From Segetibacter sp. (GTDB taxonomy: Bacteria > Bacteroidota > Bacteroidia > Chitinophagales > Chitinophagaceae), in the NCBI GenBank assembly GCA_031423805.1, contig JANPGE010000211.1, forward strand, positions 8,654-72,653: a DNA stretch of 64,000 nt, given 5' to 3'. The position numbers were made by a program, and so were the translations under genes. Positions 25,084-33,504 of the stretch are shown here, in pieces. The first letter of the stretch is position 1, and the number at the start of each line of letters is the position of its first letter. The notes below the pieces were generated by a model that was not told the DNA's origin, did no database searches, and saw only the letters and a list, made by a program, of their open reading frames with translations.

Positions 25084-26322
25084 TTAATTTGTACTGAAAT
25101 AGCGCATGGTATTGCTGTTGTTTTCATCAAAGATTTCTTCAGCAGCTTGTTTTATATCGGGCACCGTTATGTTTTTGTAATTATCCAAATCTGTGTTCAT
25201 CATACCTGCATCACCGAGTAACTCATAAAAGGCAAGGTTATTGGCACGGTTCATAATGGTCATGTCTTCAAATGCAATCATGCTTTCGGTCTTGTTCTTT
25301 ACTTTTTGCAACTCGTTTTCGGTAACAGCTTCTGCTTTTATTTTATTGATTTCCTGTTGAACAGCTTTTTCTGCATCAGCCATTTTTACCCCTTTTACCA
25401 ATCTTCCTTCTATACTTAACAAGCCTGCATCCACGCTACCCATGTGGTGGCAGTCAATGTTGCTGAACAACTGCTGTTCCTTAACCAATGCCTGATACAA
25501 TCTTGAAGAACCTCCACCACCCAATATGTCTGTAATAAGATCTGCCGTGTAATATCCTTTACTTAATCTTGGAGCTATATGCCATGTTTTAAAGAATGCA
25601 TCTAATGGTACTTTGGCCTGTACATCTAATACTCTTGCCTGTGTCTGCTTGGCTTCAACCGGCAGGTTGCGCATATATTTTTCTCCCATTGGTATTGGAC
25701 CAAACCATTTTGCCGACAGGCGTTTTACTTCTTCTAAAGTTATATGTCCGCTCACGGCTAGTATAGCATTAACAGGGCGGTAATGTTTAAAAAAGAAATG
25801 TTTTACATCGTCTATATGTGCTGTTTCAATGTGACTCAAATCTTTGCCTATCGTCATCCAACGATAGGGGTGTTGCTTGTATGACAGGTCACGAAGTTTG
25901 TGCCATACATCGCCGTAAGGCTTATTGATGTAATGCTCTTTGAATTCTTCGCAAACAACTTTTCGCTGTACATCAAGGCTTTTTTCGCTGAAAGCGAGGC
26001 TAAGCATTCTATCGCTTTCTAACCAAAATGCAGTTTCCAGATTTTCAGCAGGTAGTTGAATGTAGTAATTGGTAAGGTCATTGGTTGTGTAAGCATTGTT
26101 CTCCCCGCCGGCCATTTGAAGCGGTTCGTCGTATTCTTCTATATTGATGCTGCCACCAAACATCAGGTGTTCAAACAGGTGTGCAAAACCGGTTTTATGT
26201 GGGTCTTCATCACGGGCACCAACATCGTACATTACATTTACAACAGCCATGGGAGTACTATGGTCTTCGTGAACTATAACCCTTAATCCATTATCCAATA
26301 CAAACCGGTCAAATTTTATCAT
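25084..26322 (-). CDS. M16 family zinc peptidase (catalytic, HxxEH)
   Basis: GFAHLFEHLMFGGS carries the inverted zinc motif HLFEH; 412 aa. Confidence 0.85.
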   Translation of the reverse strand: MIKFDRFVLDNGLRVIVHEDHSTPMAVVNVMYDVGARDEDPHKTGFAHLFEHLMFGGSINIEEYDEPLQMAGGENNAYTTNDLTNYYIQLPAENLETAFWLESDRMLSLAFSEKSLDVQRKVVCEEFKEHYINKPYGDVWHKLRDLSYKQHPYRWMTIGKDLSHIETAHIDDVKHFFFKHYRPVNAILAVSGHITLEEVKRLSAKWFGPIPMGEKYMRNLPVEAKQTQARVLDVQAKVPLDAFFKTWHIAPRLSKGYYTADLITDILGGGGSSRLYQALVKEQQLFSNIDCHHMGSVDAGLLSIEGRLVKGVKMADAEKAVQQEINKIKAEAVTENELQKVKNKTESMIAFEDMTIMNRANNLAFYELLGDAGMMNTDLDNYKNITVPDIKQAAEEIFDENNSNTMRYFSTN

Positions 26323-26734
26323 ATATATTTATAAAAAAAGTGGAGCAAAGATAAAGGGATAAATGAGGCGAGGAATTTTTATGAATTTTGGGGTAGAAAT
26401 AGGTGAAAACTGAATACAACTTCATCTTTCTTTTATGGATTAAAAACAATTCTCAAAAAACAGGAATTCCTTTTTACTTGTTGAAAAAAGAAATTGACGA
26501 GGCATGACCTATTTGAACAATGCTCAATAGAGTAAAAATTGGGATTAATTTTTTGCCCCAAAGTAGTAACATTTTAATAGCATTGGGCAATGCCCGTAGT
26601 AGTATTATTCAGGCCATTTTTACAATTATAACGGAGTTGAACTATTTAAATACTTTAGTATTGTGTAACCCCGTAGGGGTTAATGTAATTAGGTTTTTTT
26701 AATTCCTCCGGCTACTCCGGTGGCTATTCAAATG

Positions 26735-26753
26735 AAAGCCTTTCAGGCTTTTT
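26735..26753. terminator. Hairpin AAAGCCT-TTC-AGGCTTT followed by T run
   Basis: 7-bp stem. On the plus strand it runs into TTTTT. It lies ~70 nt downstream of the minus-strand aspartyl protease gene stop, so it could act bidirectionally. Confidence 0.4.
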
Positions 26754-26820
26754 ACGTTTAAGATAATGCTCAATTCTTTCGATTAGGATATAAAATTTTC
26801 AACTTAATTAAATATTGGCA

Positions 26821-28065
26821 TCAATACGTTTCCTTCAAAAAACTCTTTACTTTAACCCAGCACATTTCCATTTTTCCATTTCGAGAAACCAAAACCTTTA
26901 CACGGGTGCCAATCTGCTGTAGAACATCTTTATAATTTTGAATATTGCCATTGAAAACATTATCCACCGCAATAATGATATCACCCGGCTTTAATCCTGC
27001 TTTTTCACCGGGTGAATCAGGTAAAACGTCTTCAATTATAATCTGACCGTCCAATAGATAAATGCCCAAACCGGTATAAGAATAATCAAAGTTTTCGCGA
27101 AAATGAGAATTGGGCTTCATATGAATTTCATTTTCTGCATAGTTTAATATCAGGTTAAAACGGCGCAACATGTCATTGCCTATGAGTCCGCCCAAGTCAG
27201 GATAGGAGGTAACATTATAATCGTCCTTGAAAATATGGGTAGGCACTTTCTTAAACGTATATGGCCCAATGGTAAGTTGTTTTATCGTAGTCAGCTTCAT
27301 TTGTTTCTTACCGCCCAATCCCTCTGCCTGTGTAGTAATTGTTTTTTTTCCTACTTTTAAAATACTACTGTCCCTTTCATAATCTTCTGACATTAGGAAT
27401 GAAAGGCCGGCGCCTGTATCAAAGAAAAAATTGCCATTACGGGCTTTTCCATCCTCAATAATAGCCGGCAAAACCGGAATATTATTAATTTTTGGTTTTA
27501 ACAGATAACCATTTCGAGGATATTTTATTCTGCCCTGTTGCCATATTTCAATCACATTTCTATCGTAATTAATTTTTACAATGAACTGTTTTAAAAAACT
27601 ATAGCCAATTATTCCATCTATTCGGATACCGTATGTACTTGTAAGCAACTCATAATCATTCAGATGAAAATCAAGGTGCTCCACATCAAGGTTTGGCAGG
27701 TGGAGTGTCCTGTCCATTACATAGCTTATTCTTCTAATGCTGGCAATTCCTCTAAGTGTACGTTGAGAAATCACTTTTGGGAGTTTATAATAATCCACCA
27801 ATGCAGAATCAAGTGAAATGCCGCCACTACCTGTATCTAAAATAAAATGGAATGAATCTGTAAAATCGTCTAAGGTTCCGGCAATTACCATAACACCACC
27901 TGATAGTATAGTAAAGGGAAAACTGGTGATGAAAGTTGCTTTTGCTGGCTGAATTGAATCTTTTACATTTTGAGATAATGAGCCGACAGGATTTAAATAC
28001 AGGAAAGCTAAAAGAACAATCTGAATTAAACCCTTGTAAAATATATGTTGTAATCCTATTCTCAC
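26821..28065 (-). CDS. Retropepsin-like aspartyl protease with two DTG lobes and a C-terminal PDZ domain
   Basis: FILDTGSGGISL and FFFDTGAGLSFL (two Asp-Thr-Gly motifs in one chain); PDZ segment SPGEKAGLKPGDIIIAVDN; N-terminal hydrophobic signal or anchor. Confidence 0.75.
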   Translation of the reverse strand: MRIGLQHIFYKGLIQIVLLAFLYLNPVGSLSQNVKDSIQPAKATFITSFPFTILSGGVMVIAGTLDDFTDSFHFILDTGSGGISLDSALVDYYKLPKVISQRTLRGIASIRRISYVMDRTLHLPNLDVEHLDFHLNDYELLTSTYGIRIDGIIGYSFLKQFIVKINYDRNVIEIWQQGRIKYPRNGYLLKPKINNIPVLPAIIEDGKARNGNFFFDTGAGLSFLMSEDYERDSSILKVGKKTITTQAEGLGGKKQMKLTTIKQLTIGPYTFKKVPTHIFKDDYNVTSYPDLGGLIGNDMLRRFNLILNYAENEIHMKPNSHFRENFDYSYTGLGIYLLDGQIIIEDVLPDSPGEKAGLKPGDIIIAVDNVFNGNIQNYKDVLQQIGTRVKVLVSRNGKMEMCWVKVKSFLKETY

Positions 28066-28246
28066 TCATTAATTTGTTTAGTATGTGCTGCCACAAGGCT
28101 CAATTTACACAAACTATTGTCTCGTGTCAGAACAATATTTATGAATGGAGTGTTTAGTTAAAAATATAGTTTGATTTATCTCTTAAAACTGTGTGAACCT
28201 TATAATGTGAAAAATGAAATCACCTTTGTAAACGAGTTGCATACCG

Positions 28247-28254
28247 TAATTTTG
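28247..28254 (+). promoter_or_regulatory. Candidate -7 box TAATTTTG
   Basis: Exact TAnnTTTG match 20 nt upstream of the ATG at 28275. Confidence 0.3.
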
Positions 28255-28274
28255 CAATTCTTTAAATAAACATA

Positions 28275-29399
28275 ATGCAATTAGCTGACCTGTATAAAAA
28301 GGCACTCAACTTTGAGTTCCTAAGTGTGGAAGAAGGAGTTTTTTTGTTTAACAATGCGCCTACCGCCGAACTGATGAACATTGGCAACGAATTGCGCAAA
28401 ATACAAGTGCCTCACGGCAAAGTAACCTGGATTATAGACCGTAATCTGAACACAACGAATGTTTGCATAGCCAATTGTAAATTTTGCAACTTCTACCGCA
28501 TACCCGGCCATGAAGAAGCCTACATTACCGATATTGAAACCTATCGCCGAAAAATAGACGAAACTTTTAAATATGGCGGCGAACAGTTGCTGTTACAGGG
28601 CGGCCACCATCCTGGTCTTGACCTTGCTTATTATGTAGATCTTTTCCGCAAACTAAAGGAAATGTACCCTACGCTTAAGTTGCATTCTCTTGGCCCACCG
28701 GAGGTAGCGCACATTGCCAAAATATCAAAAAAGACACATAGAGAGGTACTTAATGCATTGCATGAAGCAGGCCTTGACAGCTTGCCCGGCCCCGGCGCCG
28801 AAATATTGGTAGACAGGGTGCGCCGCCTCATCAGCAAAGGAAAATGCGGCTCACAGGAGTGGTTAGATATTATGGCAGAAGCACACCAACTCAATATAAC
28901 CACCAGCGCCACCATGATGTTTGGCCATGTAGAAACAATAGAAGAACGGATGGAACACCTGGTAAAACTGCGTGACGTGCAGGCTCGCAAACCTGAACAT
29001 GCCAAAGGTTTTATCGCATTTATTCCATGGACATTTCAGGATGTGGATACACTATTAGCCCGCATCCGAGGCGTTCATAATCTTACCACCGCCGACGAAT
29101 ACATCCGCATGATAGCCATGAGCCGTATTATGCTACCCAATGTAAAAAACATACAGGCAAGCTGGCTGACTGTGGGCAAACAGGTAGCACAAATATGTCT
29201 GCACAGTGGCGCCAATGACTTTGGCAGCATAATGATAGAAGAAAACGTGGTAAGTGCAGCCGGTGCGCCCCACCGCTTTACCGCCAAAGGCATACAGGCC
29301 GCCATAAAAGAAGCCGGTTTTGAACCCCAACTCCGCAACCAACAATACGAGTTTAGAAAAATGCCGGAGGTGATGGAGGAGCAGGTGATTGATTATTAA
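28275..29399 (+). CDS. Radical SAM enzyme of the MqnC/MqnE/CofH family (futalosine-pathway type)
   Basis: CIANCKFCNF is the CxxxCxxC cluster motif, and GANDFGSIMIEENVVSAAG is the C-terminal motif typical of this family. I cannot separate MqnC from MqnE by eye. Confidence 0.75.
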   Translation: MQLADLYKKALNFEFLSVEEGVFLFNNAPTAELMNIGNELRKIQVPHGKVTWIIDRNLNTTNVCIANCKFCNFYRIPGHEEAYITDIETYRRKIDETFKYGGEQLLLQGGHHPGLDLAYYVDLFRKLKEMYPTLKLHSLGPPEVAHIAKISKKTHREVLNALHEAGLDSLPGPGAEILVDRVRRLISKGKCGSQEWLDIMAEAHQLNITTSATMMFGHVETIEERMEHLVKLRDVQARKPEHAKGFIAFIPWTFQDVDTLLARIRGVHNLTTADEYIRMIAMSRIMLPNVKNIQASWLTVGKQVAQICLHSGANDFGSIMIEENVVSAAGAPHRFTAKGIQAAIKEAGFEPQLRNQQYEFRKMPEVMEEQVIDY

Positions 29400-29415
29400 G
29401 CTACCTAAAATCTTT

Positions 29416-29447
29416 AAAAAGCCGCCTCTGTTTCAAGTGGCTTTTTT
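29416..29447 (+). terminator. Probable Rho-independent terminator
   Basis: AAAAAGCC...GGCTTTTTTG, a stem flanked by A and T runs, begins 17 nt after the stop. Confidence 0.5.
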
Positions 29448-29709
29448 GTTGGACGAACATTTGTGCCGTGATTGTACATCGTTGTGTTATCCAATCCCGA
29501 TTTTTCTTCGGGACACGTCTAAAGGGTTGTGGTACTATTAAGCTTTTTCAAATACTGTTTCGAAATATAATGTGGTGTGCTTAGGGTTCAGAATTTTTTT
29601 CAAAAATTATAGAGCACTTTAAAAATAATTTTAATTATACTTTAATTATGCAAGTATAGTTATAGGGTTTGTTGTAAATATATTTACAATACCCAAATAA
29701 TCATGTTTC

Positions 29710-32175
29710 ATGAAAAAATCTATACTACTTCACAAAATCTTTTGCGGATTTCTTTTTTGTTCTCTTTGTCTTTTAAGTTTAAAATCCAAAGCAACGATTA
29801 CCGGAGGTACAGTTAACTTTGGGCAAGTTGGATCTTCATATGGGGGATACGCCTGTGCCGGAACCTGGCTTCCTATTTTAAATGCTCAAGGACCTACCGG
29901 AGGCTCGGGTCAGTATATGTATTCATGGGAAATCAGTTGGAAAGGTTACCCGCCTTATGATCCAACAAACGTAGGCGATACCTTTCCTACTCTTACAGTG
30001 CAAGTCTCAACAAATGGCGACATTTGGTATTATCGCCGAAAAGTTAAAGACCGTAACAATCCCAATGATAGCGCATACTCAAACGAAATTCTCACTGCGG
30101 CATATTATCTTTCAGCAGGTGAAATACAGTTTTCAAATTATAGTCTTTTAGAATATTCTGCCATAGGAACAACTCCACCATATATTCGGCAAACGGTACA
30201 GCCGCAGACCAACGATTTGGTTTCATCTTTTGAATTAGAAGCAAAAGTGGGCCTAAACGGTTCATGGTATTCCCTTTATCCAAGTTCCCAACCTTTACCA
30301 AGGAGTACACCTGATACGGTTTATTACCGAAAGTGGGTAACCATCAATGCAGGTTGTGTGACGGATGTAACAAATGAAATTACACTAATATTTTATCAAC
30401 CTATAGTATTTAACCCTGGTATCATATCATCGGATACAAACAATGTCTGTTCCGGCACCCCGATACATCTGATTAGTACCGCCACTACTGCACCCCCTCC
30501 ATTGGTTTACGAATGGGAGTATTCTGCGGATAGTTTAAGTTGGGGTCATGCCGCTTACACTGATTCTTTTACTATTAACAATCTTAGTGCTACCAGATAT
30601 TATCGAAGAAGTGTAACTGCAAACCACACAACTTACTATAGCAATGTAATTAAAGTCAGCCTTATTTCTCCCGGCAATCCGTCTGTTTTTGGCAATCAAC
30701 AGTGGAATATCTATGGATATAATGGAAAAAATTTAAACACCACAGGCATTACTTATAAAGGCTATTACACTACCAATGTGCTCAATATTAACACCCTAAA
30801 TAATTGGGCAGATTCACTTTCTCCATCAGCCGCAGCCGGGTATAAAGGTTGCCCTATTTCTAATGATAATTTTACAATTGCAGCAAGACGTTTAGGTTTT
30901 GATAGTGGTTTTTATCAACTGCAAATACCGCTTAATAATGATGCGGTTCAAATAAATATTAATGGTAGTGCTTTATATTCTGCCAATTGCTGCAATATCA
31001 ATCCTGCCAATCTTAACATAGGTAAACTAGGCCCATCTACAAAAATTGAAGTAATTCAAGCTACCGGCACAGCCCATTCTGCTTTGCAGGTTAACTTTAT
31101 TAAAATTGATACTGCAAACACAAGCAGCTATACCGATTCTTTGTGCAACACAATCAATGTAAGAAATCCGGCTTACAATCAATTCGTACCTCTTGTTGAT
31201 TCAACAGGACAAATTGTAGCAGCAGTAAATCCCAGTTATGTTTTTATAGGAACTGTAACAGTTGCAATGAAACATTCAGCACCCGGTGCTGCAAACATGC
31301 CGGTTGGCAACTTTGGTGTATTAAACATGCCACGCTATTTCAATTTTAGTGCAAGCAATTACATCAATACCCCTTTTCCAAATCCCGTAAAGGTGCGGTT
31401 GTACTACCTTAATAGCGAGTTTGATGATTACAAAATAGCTACCAACCAGCCATCCTTAACCATAAATGATTTGCGGGTGGCGCATTATGATGGTATTAAT
31501 CAAGATTGTAGTATTAACAACAATAGTTCAGCAGGTGACACACTTGTTCCAATAGGTTCAGGTCCGTTTGGCGCCAATGCTTTTTACATTGATGTTTTAG
31601 CAACAAGATTTTCAGAATTTGGGGTCAACGGGTCATTAAGTACACTTCCGGTAAAATGGCTTTCGGCCAATGCTACTGCACGTAAAAATGAAGTGTTGCT
31701 ACAATGGAAAGTAGCCAACGAAATGAACAATACCGGTTTTGAAATACAGCGCAGCAACGATGGAATTTCATATACTACTATTGGCAAAGTTGCAAGCAGA
31801 GGCAATTCTGAAACTGCAGTTGTATATTCATTTACCGATAAAGCAATGGTTGAAAACAGCACATTTTACTACCGCATAAAACAAGTAGATAAAGACAATC
31901 ACTTTAGCCTAAGTCCCGTTATGAAAGTGAAGCTGGATAACATTCACCAAATTGTGCTGCAATCTAATCCTGTAAACAATACTGCTACGCTAAGAGCTAA
32001 CAGTATCATTAGTCATATCTCCATTACTGATGTTTCGGGAAGAATACTATATAATGCCAAACATTCCTCTAATAAAGTATTGATTGATGTATCAACATTT
32101 TCTCGTGGAGTCTATCTCATAAAAGCATTGCTTGAAACAGGAAAAGAAAGGGTCTTGAAAATGGTGAAAGAATAA
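29710..32175 (+). CDS. Secreted multi-repeat protein with T9SS C-terminal sorting domain
   Basis: Signal peptide. Three ~100-aa N-terminal repeats each end in a YYR(R/K)xV...(S/T)NEI/SNVI motif. The C-terminal LQSNPVNNTATLRANSIISHISITDVSGRILYN...GVYLIKALLETGKERVLKMVKE is a type A T9SS CTD. Confidence 0.85.
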   Translation: MKKSILLHKIFCGFLFCSLCLLSLKSKATITGGTVNFGQVGSSYGGYACAGTWLPILNAQGPTGGSGQYMYSWEISWKGYPPYDPTNVGDTFPTLTVQVSTNGDIWYYRRKVKDRNNPNDSAYSNEILTAAYYLSAGEIQFSNYSLLEYSAIGTTPPYIRQTVQPQTNDLVSSFELEAKVGLNGSWYSLYPSSQPLPRSTPDTVYYRKWVTINAGCVTDVTNEITLIFYQPIVFNPGIISSDTNNVCSGTPIHLISTATTAPPPLVYEWEYSADSLSWGHAAYTDSFTINNLSATRYYRRSVTANHTTYYSNVIKVSLISPGNPSVFGNQQWNIYGYNGKNLNTTGITYKGYYTTNVLNINTLNNWADSLSPSAAAGYKGCPISNDNFTIAARRLGFDSGFYQLQIPLNNDAVQININGSALYSANCCNINPANLNIGKLGPSTKIEVIQATGTAHSALQVNFIKIDTANTSSYTDSLCNTINVRNPAYNQFVPLVDSTGQIVAAVNPSYVFIGTVTVAMKHSAPGAANMPVGNFGVLNMPRYFNFSASNYINTPFPNPVKVRLYYLNSEFDDYKIATNQPSLTINDLRVAHYDGINQDCSINNNSSAGDTLVPIGSGPFGANAFYIDVLATRFSEFGVNGSLSTLPVKWLSANATARKNEVLLQWKVANEMNNTGFEIQRSNDGISYTTIGKVASRGNSETAVVYSFTDKAMVENSTFYYRIKQVDKDNHFSLSPVMKVKLDNIHQIVLQSNPVNNTATLRANSIISHISITDVSGRILYNAKHSSNKVLIDVSTFSRGVYLIKALLETGKERVLKMVKE

Positions 32176-32191
32176 ATTCTTTTTATTTTAT

Positions 32192-32222
32192 AAAAGGCTG
32201 CCTTTTTTGGCAGCTTTTTTTA
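32192..32222 (+). terminator. Rho-independent terminator
   Basis: AAAAGGCTGCC-TTTTTT-GGCAGCTTTTTTTT, with GCTGCC/GGCAGC as the stem, then a T run. It lies 17 nt after the stop. Confidence 0.75.
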
Positions 32223-32335
32223 TTACCAAAACTGTATTTTAAAATTAATTTCAATAATTAATATTAGTTTGTTGTACACTTATCACCATTAACTAAGCAT
32301 TTTTTCGATAACCATTTTCACTAACTTTACTATTC

Positions 32336-33382
32336 ATGAAATGGAATGCTTTTAAATACCTTTTGCCTGTACTTATCTACGTTGGTTCGTGGGTTAGTTT
32401 TCATAGAACAGGTTTTTTGGTATGGCTGCCACTTATTTATGGTTTTGTACTGATTCCACTGGTTGAATTGTTTTTAAAACCTGATGATGAAAACCTGGAT
32501 GTTGCTGAAGAAGCAATTGCAAAAAAAGACTGGCGGTATGACCTGTTTCTATATCTCATAGTTCCGCTACAATATTTGGCTTTATTTGTTTTTTTACAAA
32601 TTATGCAACAGCCTGATATGCCGGTTGTGGACAGGGTTGGGCACATTTTGGTAATGGGTTTGCTTTGTGGTACGTTTGGTATTAACGTTGCCCATGAACT
32701 GGGTCACCGGGTTAATAGAACAGAACAATTTCTTGCAAAAAGCTTGTTGCTTACTTCGCTGTACATGCATTTTATTATTGCGCACAACAGGGGGCATCAC
32801 AAATTTGTATGCACACCTCATGACCCCGCAAGTGCAAGATTTGGCGAACCATTGTACCTATTTTGGATTAGAAGCATTACCGGTGTTTATGCTGAATCTT
32901 GGGGTATTGCTAATGCAGAAATGAAAAAGAAGGGCCTACCCGCTTTTCATTGGAAAAATGAAATGCTTCAGTTTCAGTTGATACAGATTATATTTTGCAT
33001 TCTTATTGTTTCCTTTTTCGGAATTGCAGTTTTTGCATACTTTCTTGGAGCGGCTATCATGGGCATCTTATTGTTGGAGACAGTCAACTATATTGAGCAC
33101 TATGGATTAAGTCGAAAACCTACCGGTGAGGGTAAATATGAAAGGGCCATGCCTCATCATAGCTGGAACAGCAATCACGTCATAGGCCGACTAATGTTGT
33201 TTGAATTGAGCCGACATAGCGACCACCACTACCAGGCTAACCGTAAATATCAACTGCTTCGGCATCATGACAAATCGCCACAACTTCCAACAGGGTATCC
33301 GGGCAGTATGTTGTTGGCTGCAATACCACCGCTTTGGTTTAGGGTTATGAATAGCAAGATTGCAGCACTTTCAATACAATAA
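32336..33382 (+). CDS. alkB: Alkane 1-monooxygenase (AlkB) / membrane fatty-acid-desaturase-like di-iron hydroxylase
   Basis: Four His boxes in AlkB order: HELGHR, AHNRGHH, NYIEHYGL, LSRHSDHHY. Multiple TM helices. Confidence 0.75.
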   Translation: MKWNAFKYLLPVLIYVGSWVSFHRTGFLVWLPLIYGFVLIPLVELFLKPDDENLDVAEEAIAKKDWRYDLFLYLIVPLQYLALFVFLQIMQQPDMPVVDRVGHILVMGLLCGTFGINVAHELGHRVNRTEQFLAKSLLLTSLYMHFIIAHNRGHHKFVCTPHDPASARFGEPLYLFWIRSITGVYAESWGIANAEMKKKGLPAFHWKNEMLQFQLIQIIFCILIVSFFGIAVFAYFLGAAIMGILLLETVNYIEHYGLSRKPTGEGKYERAMPHHSWNSNHVIGRLMLFELSRHSDHHYQANRKYQLLRHHDKSPQLPTGYPGSMLLAAIPPLWFRVMNSKIAALSIQ

Positions 33383-33504
33383 TCTATTCGGCTTGATAGC
33401 ATTTCCCTTATATGAAATAAAATGTTTTGCATCTGACACCTTTGCTTTGGGCAAAAATGGGAGAGATTTATACAGCTGGCACAAAATTTTAACTTCTTTT
33501 ATTA

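Noticed and set aside
27827-28157. ORFs 27827..28096(-) and 27936..28157(+) at the 5' end of the aspartyl protease gene
   Set aside because: They are out-of-frame overlaps with the supported CDS and have no motifs.
28320-29345. Minus-strand ORFs within the radical SAM gene (28320..28511, 28631..29005, 29075..29338, 29133..29345)
   Set aside because: They are antisense shadows in a relatively GC-rich gene. Their Ala/Arg/Cys-rich translations have no motifs.
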